From NCBI RefSeq assembly GCF_013167455.1, contig NZ_CP038328.1: a stretch of DNA of 64,000 nucleotides; one strand, 5' to 3'. Source of the stretch: Escherichia coli O157:H7 (GTDB lineage Bacteria > Pseudomonadota > Gammaproteobacteria > Enterobacterales > Enterobacteriaceae). The notes beneath the pieces are model-generated. The model did not search any database, was not told the DNA's origin, and was given only the letters and a program-made list of their open reading frames with translations. This document shows, one piece after another, positions 29,177 through 43,350 of this stretch. The translations under genes and the position numbers were made by a program. Positions within the stretch are counted from its first letter, which is position 1. Each line of letters starts with the position of its first letter.

Positions 29177-29836
29177 ATGGCTAACTGGTTAAATCAACTG
29201 CAATCCCTGCTTGGGCAAAGCAGTTCTTCTACCTCCTCGTCTGCGGATCAGGGATTGGGCAAACTTTTAGTGCCGGGCGCATTAGGCGGACTGGCTGGAC
29301 TGCTGGTCGCAAATAAATCAGCACGTAAACTTCTTACGAAATATGGCACCAACGCGTTGCTGATTGGCGGCGGAGCGGTAGCGGGTACGGTGCTGTGGAA
29401 TAAATACAAAGATAAAATTCGCGCGGCGCATCAGGACGAACCGCAGTTTGGCTCGCAAAGTACGCCGCTGGATGAGCGTACGGAACGTTTGATCCTTGCG
29501 CTAGTCTTTGCCGCTAAAAGTGATGGTCATATTGATGCCAAAGAACGTGCGGCAATCGACCAGCAATTGCGTGAAGCCGGCGTGGAAGAGCAGGGGCGGG
29601 TACTCATTGAGCAGGCAATCGAACAACCGCTGGATCCACAACGCCTGGCTACCGGGGTCCGCAATGAAGAAGAGGCGCTGGAAATCTATTTCCTGAGCTG
29701 CGCGGCTATTGATATTGACCATTTTATGGAACGCAGTTACCTGAATGCACTGGGTGACGCGCTGAAAATCCCCCAGGATGTTCGTGAAGGCATTGAACGC
29801 GATCTCGAACAGCAAAAACGCACTTTGGCGGAATAA
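29177..29836 (+). CDS. yebE: DUF533 inner membrane protein YebE
   Basis: 219-aa ORF. Confidence 0.85.
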   Translation: MANWLNQLQSLLGQSSSSTSSSADQGLGKLLVPGALGGLAGLLVANKSARKLLTKYGTNALLIGGGAVAGTVLWNKYKDKIRAAHQDEPQFGSQSTPLDERTERLILALVFAAKSDGHIDAKERAAIDQQLREAGVEEQGRVLIEQAIEQPLDPQRLATGVRNEEEALEIYFLSCAAIDIDHFMERSYLNALGDALKIPQDVREGIERDLEQQKRTLAE

Positions 29837-30017
29837 TTCCGCTCTCTGGATAGCCTGAAGTTGACTATTTCGGGCTATCCAGAACAGCACAGCCATTTGA
29901 ACAGGCTGATTTTCTCTGTCTGCATAACATTCGATATTCGCGCCATTACCTGTCATCATCTAAGCAATGACTGCCCTGTTTCGCTTGCATCCCCGGTGAG
30001 TTTTGCCACCCTTATAA

Positions 30018-32764
<2,747 letters not shown>

Positions 32765-32787
32765 GGCATGCTCCAGGCCGAAAAAGC

Positions 32788-33444
32788 CTAGCGTAATGGA
32801 ATGATATCGCCTTGCCAACCCTGTGATGAACGCTGACCGACTAACAATAATGAACCACGATCGGCGCGAACGATGAGACGACCATGTTCATCCCATAGTG
32901 CACTGTTACCACGGGCATTTGCCATCAGCACAGCAATCGAGTACTGATGTGAAAAAAATTGTAAGCGACGGGCCGATGCCAGCAGGTCGGGTTCTCCCAG
33001 ACATTGCCCTGTCGTAAACAGTGAACAGGTCGGGTCCATATCCATACCTTGCGGTTGTTCATCGACCACCGTGATGGTTCTGGAACGACGGCCCAGACAT
33101 GCACCATGACTCTGATGGTAGATCCCAGGCGTTTTTCGCCACGGTGCGAACACCGCAATTCCACGAATAAAGCGATCGTTATATTCAACGGGAAGGCCGG
33201 CAATGATGGTCATTCGCCAGGTCGTTGCGGCATAACAAAGCGGGTCTAACAGTGAGAGATCGGGTGGGGCAGGAAGGGCACGTCGCGAATAATCACACCC
33301 CAGTAAAGAAAGCGATGGAAAAACTAACAGCTGACATTGTTGCCTGGCGGCGGCCCTCACAAACTCCAGATGATGAGCTACCTGTTCGGTGAGTGAGGTT
33401 TTACGAGGCTCATATTGCGCTGCTGCAACTTTCCAGAACGACAT
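32788..33444 (-). CDS. yobB: Carbon-nitrogen hydrolase family protein YobB
   Basis: 218-aa ORF. Confidence 0.8.
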   Translation of the reverse strand: MSFWKVAAAQYEPRKTSLTEQVAHHLEFVRAAARQQCQLLVFPSLSLLGCDYSRRALPAPPDLSLLDPLCYAATTWRMTIIAGLPVEYNDRFIRGIAVFAPWRKTPGIYHQSHGACLGRRSRTITVVDEQPQGMDMDPTCSLFTTGQCLGEPDLLASARRLQFFSHQYSIAVLMANARGNSALWDEHGRLIVRADRGSLLLVGQRSSQGWQGDIIPLR

Positions 33445-33545
33445 AATGACTTCCTTTTCAAAATGACTGCAAATTATGGGTGCGGTTTAGAAAATACTCA
33501 TAATTTAGCAGGCGTTATGTAAGAAAGTGTAACTCTGTATAAGTT

Positions 33546-33776
33546 TTATTTAAGTTTGGGCTCGTAAGGTAAACGTGACAGATTGACCGAAGCCAAACGG
33601 TGGGCAATAAGCCGCTCGCGAAACCAGCTGCGCAAATGTTCAGGCTGTTCACGTTCAACCGCTTCAGCGATCACTGGCATATTGTAGCGTTCTTTAAATG
33701 CCACCCCGGCCGCCGCCAAATCGACATTCACTTTATCCATTTCTGTTTGATCCAGTTTAGCCAGATTCTTCAGCAT
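33546..33776 (-). CDS. holE: DNA polymerase III theta subunit
   Basis: 76 aa from the internal ATG ([27 protein letters not shown]). Confidence 0.85.
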
Positions 33777-33914
33777 TCTTAATCTCCTCATCATTCGCGG
33801 GCAAAAGTTACTAAGAGTGAGCCTGGATGGCAAGCCGGAATTGATGATCCTCGACTCAGACATTAGACAAGGTTATGCTCTGTAAAAAAGTTATTACAAA
33901 AAGGAATAGATAAT

Positions 33915-34289
33915 ATGGCTTCAACTGCACGCTCCCTTCGCTACGCGCTGGCAATCCTGACCACTTCGTTGGTGACACCTTCCGTCTGGGCACATGCGCA
34001 TTTAACGCATCAGTATCCTGCGGCAAACGCGCAAGTGACAGCTGCACCGCAGGCAATCACTTTAAACTTCTCGGAAGGTGTTGAAACAGGATTCAGTGGT
34101 GCAAAAATCACGGGGCCAAAAAACGAAAATATTAAAACATTACCGGCGAAGCGAAATGAGCAGGACCAAAAGCGACTGATTGTTCCACTGGCCGATTCGC
34201 TGAAACCCGGAACCTACACCGTTGACTGGCATGTTGTTTCGGTGGACGGGCATAAAACGAAAGGACACTACACCTTTAGCGTGAAATAA
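33915..34289 (+). CDS. yobA: CopC-family periplasmic copper-binding protein YobA
   Basis: 124 aa; signal peptide ending VWA then mature N-terminus HAHL. Confidence 0.85.
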   Translation: MASTARSLRYALAILTTSLVTPSVWAHAHLTHQYPAANAQVTAAPQAITLNFSEGVETGFSGAKITGPKNENIKTLPAKRNEQDQKRLIVPLADSLKPGTYTVDWHVVSVDGHKTKGHYTFSVK

Positions 34290-34292
34290 ATC

Positions 34293-35165
34293 ATGCTGGC
34301 GTTTACCTGGATCGCGCTGCGATTTATCCATTTCACCTCGCTGATGCTGGTCTTTGGCTTCGCAATGTACGGTGCCTGGCTGGCACCCTTAACGATTCGT
34401 CGCTTGCTGACGAAGCGTTTTCTGCGTTTACAACAGCACGCTGCCGTCTGGAGTTTGATCAGTGCCACTGCAATGCTCGCCGTTCAGGGCGGGTTGATGG
34501 GAACGGGATGGAAAGATGTATTTTCGCCAAACATTTGGCAGGCTGTTTTGCAAACGCAGTTTGGTGGCGTCTGGTTATGGCAAATTGTTCTCGCCCTCGT
34601 AACGTTGATCGTCGCCCTTATGCAACCGCGGAATATGCCACGTTTGCTGTTTATGCTCACTACCGCGCAATTTATTCTGCTGGCGGGAGTGGGGCATGCG
34701 ACGCTGAATGAAGGGGTAACGGCGAAAATCCATCAGACTAATCACGCGATTCACCTGATTTGTGCGGCGGCGTGGTTTGGGGGATTACTGCCGGTGCTCT
34801 GGTGTATGCAACTCATCAAAGGCCGTTGGCGACACCAGGCTATTCAGGCGCTGATGCGTTTTTCCTGGTGCGGGCATTTTGCGGTGATCGGCGTACTGGC
34901 AAGCGGCGTGCTTAATGCATTGTTGATTACCGGATTTCCCCCCACGCTTACGACTTACTGGGGCCAACTCTTATTGCTCAAAGCCATCCTGGTGATGATT
35001 ATGGTGGTCATTGCGCTGGCTAATCGTTATGTTCTTGTACCGCGCATGAGGCAGGATGAAGATCGTGCGGCACCCTGGTTTGTGTGGATGACTAAACTCG
35101 AATGGGCGATAGGTGCGGTAGTGCTGCTGATCATCAGCCTGCTTGCGACTCTCGAACCTTTTTGA
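34293..35165 (+). CDS. yebZ: CopD-family inner membrane protein YebZ
   Basis: 290-aa polytopic membrane ORF, 3 nt after yobA. Confidence 0.85.
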   Translation: MLAFTWIALRFIHFTSLMLVFGFAMYGAWLAPLTIRRLLTKRFLRLQQHAAVWSLISATAMLAVQGGLMGTGWKDVFSPNIWQAVLQTQFGGVWLWQIVLALVTLIVALMQPRNMPRLLFMLTTAQFILLAGVGHATLNEGVTAKIHQTNHAIHLICAAAWFGGLLPVLWCMQLIKGRWRHQAIQALMRFSWCGHFAVIGVLASGVLNALLITGFPPTLTTYWGQLLLLKAILVMIMVVIALANRYVLVPRMRQDEDRAAPWFVWMTKLEWAIGAVVLLIISLLATLEPF

Positions 35166-35177
35166 TGGATTACGAAA

Positions 35178-35519
35178 ATGATGAAAAAAAGTATTCTGGC
35201 GTTTCTGTTACTCACCAGTTCTGCAGCGGCGCTGGCTGCACCGCAGGTGATTACCGTCAGCCGTTTTGAAGTGGGTAAAGACAAATGGGCGTTTAATCGC
35301 GAAGAGGTGATGCTGACTTGCCGACCGGGTAATGCTTTGTATGTCATCAACCCAAGTACCCTCGTGCAGTATCCTTTAAACGATGTCGCACAGAAGGAAG
35401 TTGCCAGTGGGAAGACTAAAGCCCAACCCATTTCGGTGATTCAGATTGATGATCCCAACAATCCCGGCGAAAAAATGAGTCTGGCACCGTTTATAGAACG
35501 AGCTGAAAAACTCTGTTAA
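35178..35519 (+). CDS. yebY: Periplasmic DUF2511 protein YebY
   Basis: 113-aa ORF with signal peptide. Confidence 0.8.
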   Translation: MMKKSILAFLLLTSSAAALAAPQVITVSRFEVGKDKWAFNREEVMLTCRPGNALYVINPSTLVQYPLNDVAQKEVASGKTKAQPISVIQIDDPNNPGEKMSLAPFIERAEKLC

Positions 35520-35549
35520 TTACCTAAAATAGCCTTTTGATTTCCAATA

Positions 35550-35592
35550 AAAAAACCGCCTCAGTTCTTTCACCAGAACGGGCGGTTTTTAA
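35550..35592. terminator. Bidirectional rho-independent terminator (yebY on plus, probably RyeA on minus)
   Basis: aaaaaaaccgcc...ggcggttttt: GC stem flanked by A-run and T-run. Confidence 0.7.
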
Positions 35593-35677
35593 CATTTAAG
35601 CTGATGACCACCGCGCTTTTTATTGACCATTTTGCACGCAAACTGGAAAACCTGGCGTCGTCATCTATTCTTAAAGG

Positions 35678-35780
35678 GCAAGGCAACTAAGCCTGCATTA
35701 ATGCCAACTTTTAGCGCACGGCTCTCTCCCAAGAGCCATTTCCCTGGACCGAATACAGGAATCGTGTTCGGTCTCTTTTT
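35678..35780 (+). ncRNA. sdsR: SdsR (RyeB) sigma-S-dependent sRNA
   Basis: Sequence gcaaggcaactaagcctgcattaatgcc...gaccgaatacaggaatcgtgttcggtctcttttt recognised; sigma-S-like -10 CTATTCT at 35665..35671; terminal hairpin GACCGAA/TTCGGTC plus U-run. Confidence 0.8.
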
Positions 35781-35914
35781 ATCTGTTAAAAGCCAGAAGC
35801 ATTTCCTTCGCTGACTTTATAGTCAACCATAACACACACTCTACTGTCTGAGTCCAGCGTTTTTTAACATTCTTGTTAAGATTATGTGATCTTTAGCGCG
35901 GGAGGAAAATATTG

Positions 35915-36571
35915 ATGAAACAGCCTGCGCCCGTTTATCAGAGAATTGCGGGTCATCAATGGCGACATATCTGGCTTTCTGGCGATATACACGGTTGTCT
36001 TGAGCAGTTGCGCCGCAAATTATGGCATTGTCGTTTTGATCCGTGGCGAGATTTACTTATCTCAGTGGGAGACGTTATCGATCGTGGGCCGCAAAGTTTA
36101 CGTTGTCTGCAGTTACTGGAACAACATTGGGTTCGTGCGGTAAGAGGCAATCATGAACAGATGGCGATGGATGCGCTGGCATCCCAGCAGATGTCTTTGT
36201 GGTTGATGAATGGCGGCGACTGGTTTATTGCGCTGGCAGATAATCAACAGAAACAAGCGAAAACGGCGCTGGAAAAATGTCAGCATTTGCCCTTTATTCT
36301 TGAAGTACACAGCCGCACCGGCAAACATGTTATTGCTCATGCCGATTATCCAGATGATGTTTATGAATGGCAAAAGGACGTTGATTTGCATCAGGTCTTG
36401 TGGAGCCGCTCGCGATTAAGTGAACGCCAAAAAGGGCAGGGAATTACAGGTGCTGATCATTTCTGGTTTGGTCATACACCGTTGCGCCATCGCGTGGATA
36501 TTGGCAACCTGCATTATATTGATACCGGCGCTGTCTTTGGGGGCGAACTGACTTTCGTGCAATTGCAATAA
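35915..36571 (+). CDS. pphA: Serine/threonine protein phosphatase 1
   Basis: 218 aa; calcineurin-like metallophosphatase motifs GDIHG, GDVIDRG, GNHE. Confidence 0.85.
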   Translation: MKQPAPVYQRIAGHQWRHIWLSGDIHGCLEQLRRKLWHCRFDPWRDLLISVGDVIDRGPQSLRCLQLLEQHWVRAVRGNHEQMAMDALASQQMSLWLMNGGDWFIALADNQQKQAKTALEKCQHLPFILEVHSRTGKHVIAHADYPDDVYEWQKDVDLHQVLWSRSRLSERQKGQGITGADHFWFGHTPLRHRVDIGNLHYIDTGAVFGGELTFVQLQ

Positions 36572-36763
36572 TTAAAAATCACCATACTCCTGTGCTGGTC
36601 GCCAGAAACCATCTATAAAATCCTCAATCGGAAAACAACCGCCATGACGGATCCGTTGATCGCTCATAGAATAAAGACACTGCTGTTCCGTGTTGTAGAC
36701 ATCCACAACAATATCTTCACAACCGCCATCCAGGTAGCAAACAAAAAGTACCAGCGCGAACAT
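36572..36763 (-). CDS. yebW: Uncharacterised protein YebW
   Basis: 63 aa from the internal ATG; stop abuts the pphA stop. Confidence 0.65.
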   Translation of the reverse strand: MFALVLFVCYLDGGCEDIVVDVYNTEQQCLYSMSDQRIRHGGCFPIEDFIDGFWRPAQEYGDF

Positions 36764-36867
36764 TTCATCCCCGAAGTGTGGTGCCGTACCGTTAAGTTTA
36801 GGAGAGATTTTACAACGGGGGAATAACCAGGACAAATAACCCGCCATGCCGACGGGTTCTTTTTGGA

Positions 36868-37104
36868 TCAGGCAAGACGCATAATCCAGGCATCAGATTG
36901 TTGATCGTAACGGGTACGGTAAAGGACAGAGTGTTCGCCATTTAGCAGGGCAGGGATACTGGTTTCAGCATCCCAGGCATCCAGTTGCATACATAAATCG
37001 GGGTCTGATTTACAAGGAATGGTTAACGTTCGATCACCCGGCGATTCACCGTGTAATTCGCCGTCGTCGATTTCAAAAGCGCCTATGCGCACACTGGTTT
37101 TCAT
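36868..37104 (-). CDS. yebV: Uncharacterised protein YebV
   Basis: 78 aa from the internal ATG (MKTSVRIGAFEIDDGELHGE). Confidence 0.7.
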   Translation of the reverse strand: MKTSVRIGAFEIDDGELHGESPGDRTLTIPCKSDPDLCMQLDAWDAETSIPALLNGEHSVLYRTRYDQQSDAWIMRLA

Positions 37105-37221
37105 CTTCGTGCTCTCCATTTAGCTGCCGGTTGTGGTACGACCAGTCCGATCGCACCATTTTTCAGCCTAGTTGAGGCCGCCGAATGTGCCAGTCAAAAA
37201 GTGCGCTTTTTTTGTGCGCTG

Positions 37222-38661
37222 TCATGCGTTACTGGTAAAAAGTTTCCCGTCCCGCACCAGTTCACGCGGGTAGCTGTTTTTCAGTCGCGAACCAATCCGT
37301 TTGGCTAAACCAATCGGCTGATGCTGGAAAGTAACCAACACGTCATCCGCCACTGGCGCGGCTTGCGGGTAAACATCGCGCCCGCGATACCACTCCTCCG
37401 CTTCTTGCGGTGTCAGTTCAAAAGCGTTCTCGTTGTCGGGGGAGGCAAGGGCAATAACCGCTTCATGCTGCCAGCGATAACCTTTGTTGTGCGTTTCGGC
37501 AAGTTTAATCCCCAGGCGAGAAAATCGGACTTTACCGATCAGGGCTTCAATGCCTACCGGAAACAACCACACTTCTTTGTCGCGCTGCCAGAGTCGCAGG
37601 TTTCCATCCCAGTTTAAGCCAACACTTGCAGCCGCCTGACGAATTTGTGCGGCTTCGCGATCTTTCACCGGGCTGAACGGGAAATTGCCCACTTTGTATT
37701 TTGGGGTGGGTAAGGCGGGAATGGCCTGAGTTTTACGCAGACGAGCAACGAAGAAGCCTTCGCAGTCGTAAATTTGTGGGAAAACATGCAAAAAGCCTTC
37801 TTCGGTCAGCGCTTTGTTTGCACCAGGGAAGAGATCGCCAAGTGGTAAAAACTCTACTGCGTCGGGGTAAGTCTCTTTAAGCCACAGGCAAACGGATTCG
37901 TTTTCTTCCCGGTTTAAGGTACAGGTCGAGTAAACCAGTGTACCGCCAGAGCGTAATGCATGAAAGGCACTGTCGATCAGTTCCCGTTGGGTAGCTGCGA
38001 TTTCCTGATTGCTTTCTGGTGACCAATTTTTTAGCGCATCGGGATCTTTACGCACCACGCCTTCGCCGGAGCAGGGAGCGTCCAGCAAAATGGCATCGAA
38101 CATTTCTGGCAATGCCGCACCAAACACGCGGCCATCAAAATGTGTGAGCGCAACATTACTGATACCACAGCGGCTGATATTGGCATGTAACACTTTTACC
38201 CGACTGGCGGAAAACTCATTGGCAAGGATTGCCCCTTCGTTATTCATCCGCGCGGCAATTTGCGTCGTTTTGGAGCCTGGCGCAGCAGCGACATCCATCA
38301 CCCGCTGTGGTGCATTACCGTCAGCAAACAAGGCGGCGACGGGCAACATTGAACTGGCTTCCTGAATATAAAACAGGCCACTTAAATGCTCGGCGGTACT
38401 ACCCAATGGCAATGCATCTTCATCGTCGCGTTCAATCCAGAAACCTTCTTCACACCACGGAATTGGCGTAAGCGTCCAGCCATAAGGAGCGGTTAATCGC
38501 AGGAAATCAGCAACGGAGGTTTTCAGCGTATTAACGCGAATGCTGCGGCGCAACGGGCGCTGACAGGCGGCAAGAAAATCATCAAAAGAGAGCGTCGAAG
38601 GCATTGCTTCGCGCATTTGCGTCAGAAAGGCGTCCGGGAAATAAACGGTGTGTTGGGCCAC
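37222..38661 (-). CDS. rsmF: 16S rRNA m5C1407 methyltransferase RsmF (YebU)
   Basis: 479 aa from GTG 38661; SAM-binding motif and catalytic Cys region. Confidence 0.85.
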
Positions 38662-38741
38662 GAGCATATACCACTGGCAAAAAAAACAGGCGCGCAGTTT
38701 AGCATAAACGCTCCGGCGCAGGCACGCCGGAGCAGTGGGCA

Positions 38742-41375
38742 TTATTTGGGAAGCGCAGTTCCCCATTCACGCCACTCTTTCGGTTCACTTTCCTGCAACA
38801 GGAAGTGCTTGCCTTCCTGGGCTTTCGGTGCCAGTGGCGTACCCGGAGGCGTGGCGAAGGCGATGCCGCCACGGATAAACTGGTTAAAGGTGCCGGTTTT
38901 CACTACGCCGCCCGTCAGACCAAAGTCCAGACTGTAACCCGATGCCAACCAGAAGACGGAATTGTTACGCACCAGGTGTTGATAGCGTTTACTGATGCGC
39001 ATCGCAATCATCACGCGATCTGACAATGTCCCCAGCGTCATTCCGGTAACCGTACCGACTTCCAGACCACGGAACAGCACAGGCGTACCGATGCCTAACG
39101 AACAGGCTTCCGGCGCTTCAACAATAATGCTTAAACCATCCAGGTAACGCGAATCAGTAATGGTGGCCTCTTGTAATTCAAAGTCGCGACGAGGATTGCC
39201 ACGGCCTGGTTCGACGTTGATATACGGCTGGAGGATAGTATCAAGATGCTCAACGCCAGCTGCCGAAATTTGCGGTGTGACCACTGAGAAGCGCGTACCA
39301 CCGCGAGCAAAGGTCTGGACATATTCCGGATAGAGCACCGCCTTTGCCTGTACTTCATTGCGCGCGGTAATCAGATCCAGCGTCTGGATTTGCCCGATAT
39401 CAATACCGAGATAGCGAATTGGCATCCCGACCGCCAGTTTTCCGGCATCGAAAGCATGAAGCGTAATCTGCCCGCCAACCGCACGGGCCGCTGTTTCGGA
39501 AGCATACAGAATACGCTTATCGCCTTTACGCTGACTGGCGCTGGCACCGCTGAGGTTATCGAAGCTAATGGCTCCCTTTAATGCTCTGGAGAGTGGGGAT
39601 GCCTGTACGGTCAGGCCACTACCATTCAGCTGAACTTTCGCCCCGCCTTCTGCCCAGAACACGCTATTGTTGGTCAGAAGGTTGCGATACTCCGGCTTAA
39701 TATGCAGATCGATATCAAACGCGTTAGCTCGCGGACGCACGGTAATAACTTCACCAACTTCAAATTTACGGTACAGCACTACCGATCCTGCCTGCACATC
39801 CGGCAGCGTCTCTGCACTCAAACTCACGGTTGTGGTGGGTAAATCGCTAAGGCTGTTCTCCAGCGCTTTTTCCAGATTGGCATACAGTGGATAGCTGGCT
39901 TTCATCTCACCTTTATCGCCCGGCAGAATACGTATCCCGCCATTGATCCATTCTGAGGCGCTGGCACCGAGAAACTCAACGCCATCCAGCCCCACCTTCA
40001 CATCGACACGGCTGTTGACGACAAATTTGCTATCGCCTTTTACCAGTTCGCGATGCTGAGGCTCAATGGCGACGGTAAAGGTAACGCCTTTGCTGGTGAG
40101 TTTACGATCAATAACCTGGCCTACCTGCACGCCGTGAAGAATGAGCGGCTGACCAGCATCAATACCGTAACTTTCCGGTGCTGTCAGGGTCAGTGTCAGA
40201 ACATCAGGTTCATGCAGCAGTGCTTTTTCGCCTGGCACAACAACGAACTCTTTGCGTGGCTCGCCATCGCCAGGCACCAACTCAAAGGTTTTTCCGGTCA
40301 GCAGGGCGCTGAGATTGGCATCGCTAAGGGATAATTTCGGGTTGCGTAATTCGATGCGGGTATTTTCCCGTAACAGCGTAACGACGCTGGGATCAACGGT
40401 CATTTCTCCGGTGACTTTACCACCAGGATTTAAATCCAGTTTAGTCAGCTGTCCGACTTCCAGCCCCTGATACATTAACGGCGTCGAGTCGGCGGTTAAT
40501 CCGGCCCCACTCGGCAGTTCCAGTTTTATTATTACGCCACGCTGGCTGTGGGCCAGATCTTCATACAGACCAAAGGTATCTTCCGCCTCGGCAGGTTTCG
40601 ACTCTTCTGGTGAATCGAAGGCAATCGCACCGTTAACCAGTGCCGCCAGACTTTCCAGTTTCACCTTCGCGCCACTGATACTGACGTTGGCATCAACGCC
40701 TGAAACGTTCCAGAAACGGCTACCTTTTTTCACCAGGTCGGTAAAACGCCGCTCGATCAGGACATCAATCACCACGCCTTGTTTATTGGGATTGATGGCA
40801 TAGTCGTAGACTTTTCCCACCGGGATCTTGCGGAAATAGACCAATGAACCGCTGTTCAGCGAACCGAGATCGGGAGCTTGCAGGTGGATCATCAGATCGC
40901 CGTTATCCAGCCGATACTTCGGTTGGGTATCGAGCGCGACAAAGTGATCCTGCTCTTTACCTTTACCTGGCATCATGCCGATATAGTTACCACCGACGAG
41001 GGCGTCCAGCCCGGAGACACCTGCCAACGATGCTTTTGGCGTCACCAGCCAGAACTGAGTCTCTTCGCGCAGCGCATCTTTCATATCGGACTTGATGCTG
41101 ACCTTGACTTCAATCTTACGAAGATCGTCGCTGAGGCTGATATCCTGCACTGTTCCGACTTCAACGCCCTGATAACGAACAGGCGTACGGCCCGGGACAA
41201 TACCATCCGCCGACATAAAGTCGATGGTGACGGTATTACCCCGGTCCTGATAACTGTCCCAAATCAGCCAACCGGCAATCATTAGCGCGATGAACGGCAG
41301 CAGCCAGAAAGGTGAGATACGGCGTTTATTTTTAATCTGCGCTTCAGTCGTCGAAGCGGGCGTTTCCTGACTCAT
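38742..41375 (-). CDS. letB: Lipophilic envelope-spanning tunnel protein LetB (YebT), multi-MCE-domain
   Basis: 877 aa from the internal ATG ([10 protein letters not shown]); N-terminal TM helix then repeated MCE-like modules. Confidence 0.85.
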
Positions 41376-42627
41376 GTGCATCCCAAAGTAAGCGGCTGTC
41401 CAGCCATTCCACAGCAAGAATAGTCAAAATTACCGCTGCGCCGAAATAAAACGCAGCCGGTCCCATAGTAAAAGCGAGGATCTGATCGCGATTAATCAGC
41501 GACATGGTTAAAGATATGACAAACAGGTCGAGCATCGACCAGCGACCAATCCAGGTCACCATCCGCAGTAACAGAATGCGTGTGCGTAAACCTTGCTGGC
41601 ATTTAAAATGAATGCTCAACAGTAAAGTGAACATGACGATCACTTTAGTAAACGGTACCAGAATACTGGCGATAAACACGATTCCTGCAACCGCAATGTT
41701 GCTACTTGCCAGCGACATAATTCCGGAAAGAATTGTATCTTCCTGCCGTCCTCCGTTCAGATAAATGATAGAAATAGGCAACAGGTTGGCAGGTAACAAT
41801 AAAACGATTGACGCTAACAGCGCCGCCCAGCATTTTTGCAGACTATGACGGCGACGCAGGCGTAGCGGAATATGACAACGCGGGCAGCGACCACGCTGAT
41901 CAGGATAGCCGGTAAAATGGCACCCAAGACAGACACGAAGTTTCTCGTCCCTACGCGTAGCGGGGCGCTGCGGATAAAATCGCTCCCACAGCTCCTCGAC
42001 ATTAAGATGTGACAACGTCACCGTCGTTAAAATCACCAACGCCACAAAAGAGAACAAGCCGACACCCGCCTGGATATGGGCATAATCCTGTACCTTTATA
42101 GAAGCAACGCCAATGCCGACCAGGTAGATATCGAGCATTACCCACTCTTTAAGTCGCTCAAGCATCAGCAGTACCGGGCGTAGATTCATTCCCAGTCGGT
42201 TACCAAACCATAAATAAGCTATGGAGGTCACCAGAATGAGCGGGGCACCAATAACGCAGAAAAAGACCATCGACCCCGTTATCGCATCGCCCTGTTTGGT
42301 CATTTGCCAGATGCCTTGCATAACGTTGGCGTCAATACGAATGCCTAACAGCCAGATATGCAACAGCGGTTCGCCCCAGGCAAACGGCATCAGCAACAGC
42401 ATGGTGAAGGCCATTGCCGCCAGGCGCGTTAGCGACCAGTCGCGCCCGTCACGAATTTTTGCCTGACAGCGCGGACAATAGGCACTTTGATGAGAATTTA
42501 TCTCGGGCAGGCTAAACAGCATGTCACATTGCGGGCAACGTTGGTAATCACCACGCGGCAGTTCCTCGCCGATTGCCCTCACTGTTATCTTTTTTGTCGG
42601 CGTAATTTGTGGTGTGTTAAGAGCCAT
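41344..42627 (-). CDS. letA: PqiA-family inner membrane protein LetA (YebS)
   Basis: 427 aa; two Cys4 clusters (CPQCDMLF...CPRCQ and CLGCHF...CPRCH); 3' end overlaps the letB start by 32 nt. Confidence 0.85.
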
Positions 42628-42756
42628 GACGTGCCAAATGTAATAAGAATTAACATTAATCTTAACCCATGATGGGAATGATCTTGAGCATTAACGCATT
42701 TAATGCTTATTTTAATAGGCTGGCAGTTCCAGGTAAGACAACCAAGTGATTATATA

Positions 42757-43254
42757 ATGAACAAAACAGAATTTTACGCGGATTTAAATCGCGACTTTAA
42801 CGCGCTGATGGCGGGAGAAACCAGTTTTCTGGCAACGCTTGCGAACACCAGTGCGTTGTTATATGAGCGTCTCACTGACGTAAACTGGGCAGGTTTTTAT
42901 TTGCTTGAGGACGATACACTGGTGCTCGGACCATTTCAGGGCAAAATTGCCTGTGTCCGGATACCCGTCGGGCGTGGCGTGTGCGGCACTGCGGTTGCCC
43001 GCAATCAAGTGCAGCGTATCGAGGATGTTCATGCGTTTGACGGGCATATTGCCTGTGATGCGGCGAGTAATTCTGAAATTGTTCTGCCGCTGGTGGTGAA
43101 AAATCAGATTATTGGTGTTCTCGACATCGATAGTACCGTCTTCGGTCGCTTTACAGACGAGGACGAGCAAGGCTTACGTCAGCTTGTGGCACAGCTTGAA
43201 AAAGTGCTTGCAACGACGGATTACAAAAAATTCTTTGCGAGCGTCGCAGGATAA
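42757..43254 (+). CDS. msrC: Free methionine-(R)-sulfoxide reductase (GAF domain)
   Basis: 165 aa from the internal ATG (MNKTEFYADL). Confidence 0.85.
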   Translation: MNKTEFYADLNRDFNALMAGETSFLATLANTSALLYERLTDVNWAGFYLLEDDTLVLGPFQGKIACVRIPVGRGVCGTAVARNQVQRIEDVHAFDGHIACDAASNSEIVLPLVVKNQIIGVLDIDSTVFGRFTDEDEQGLRQLVAQLEKVLATTDYKKFFASVAG

Positions 43255-43350
43255 TCAACGGATAACGTAGCATTTACTGATAGCGTCATTATAATGACGC
43301 CTGTTCATGCCTGCGCTTGTTGGCTACGTCCGTTGTAATCAGGAAATTTC

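Larger units (their letters stand above)
35548..35810 (-). ncRNA. ryeA: RyeA (SraC) antisense sRNA overlapping SdsR; bounds approximate
   Basis: Known antisense partner of SdsR; 3' end placed at the minus-strand U-run of the 35550..35592 hairpin; 5' end is a guess. Confidence 0.4.
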
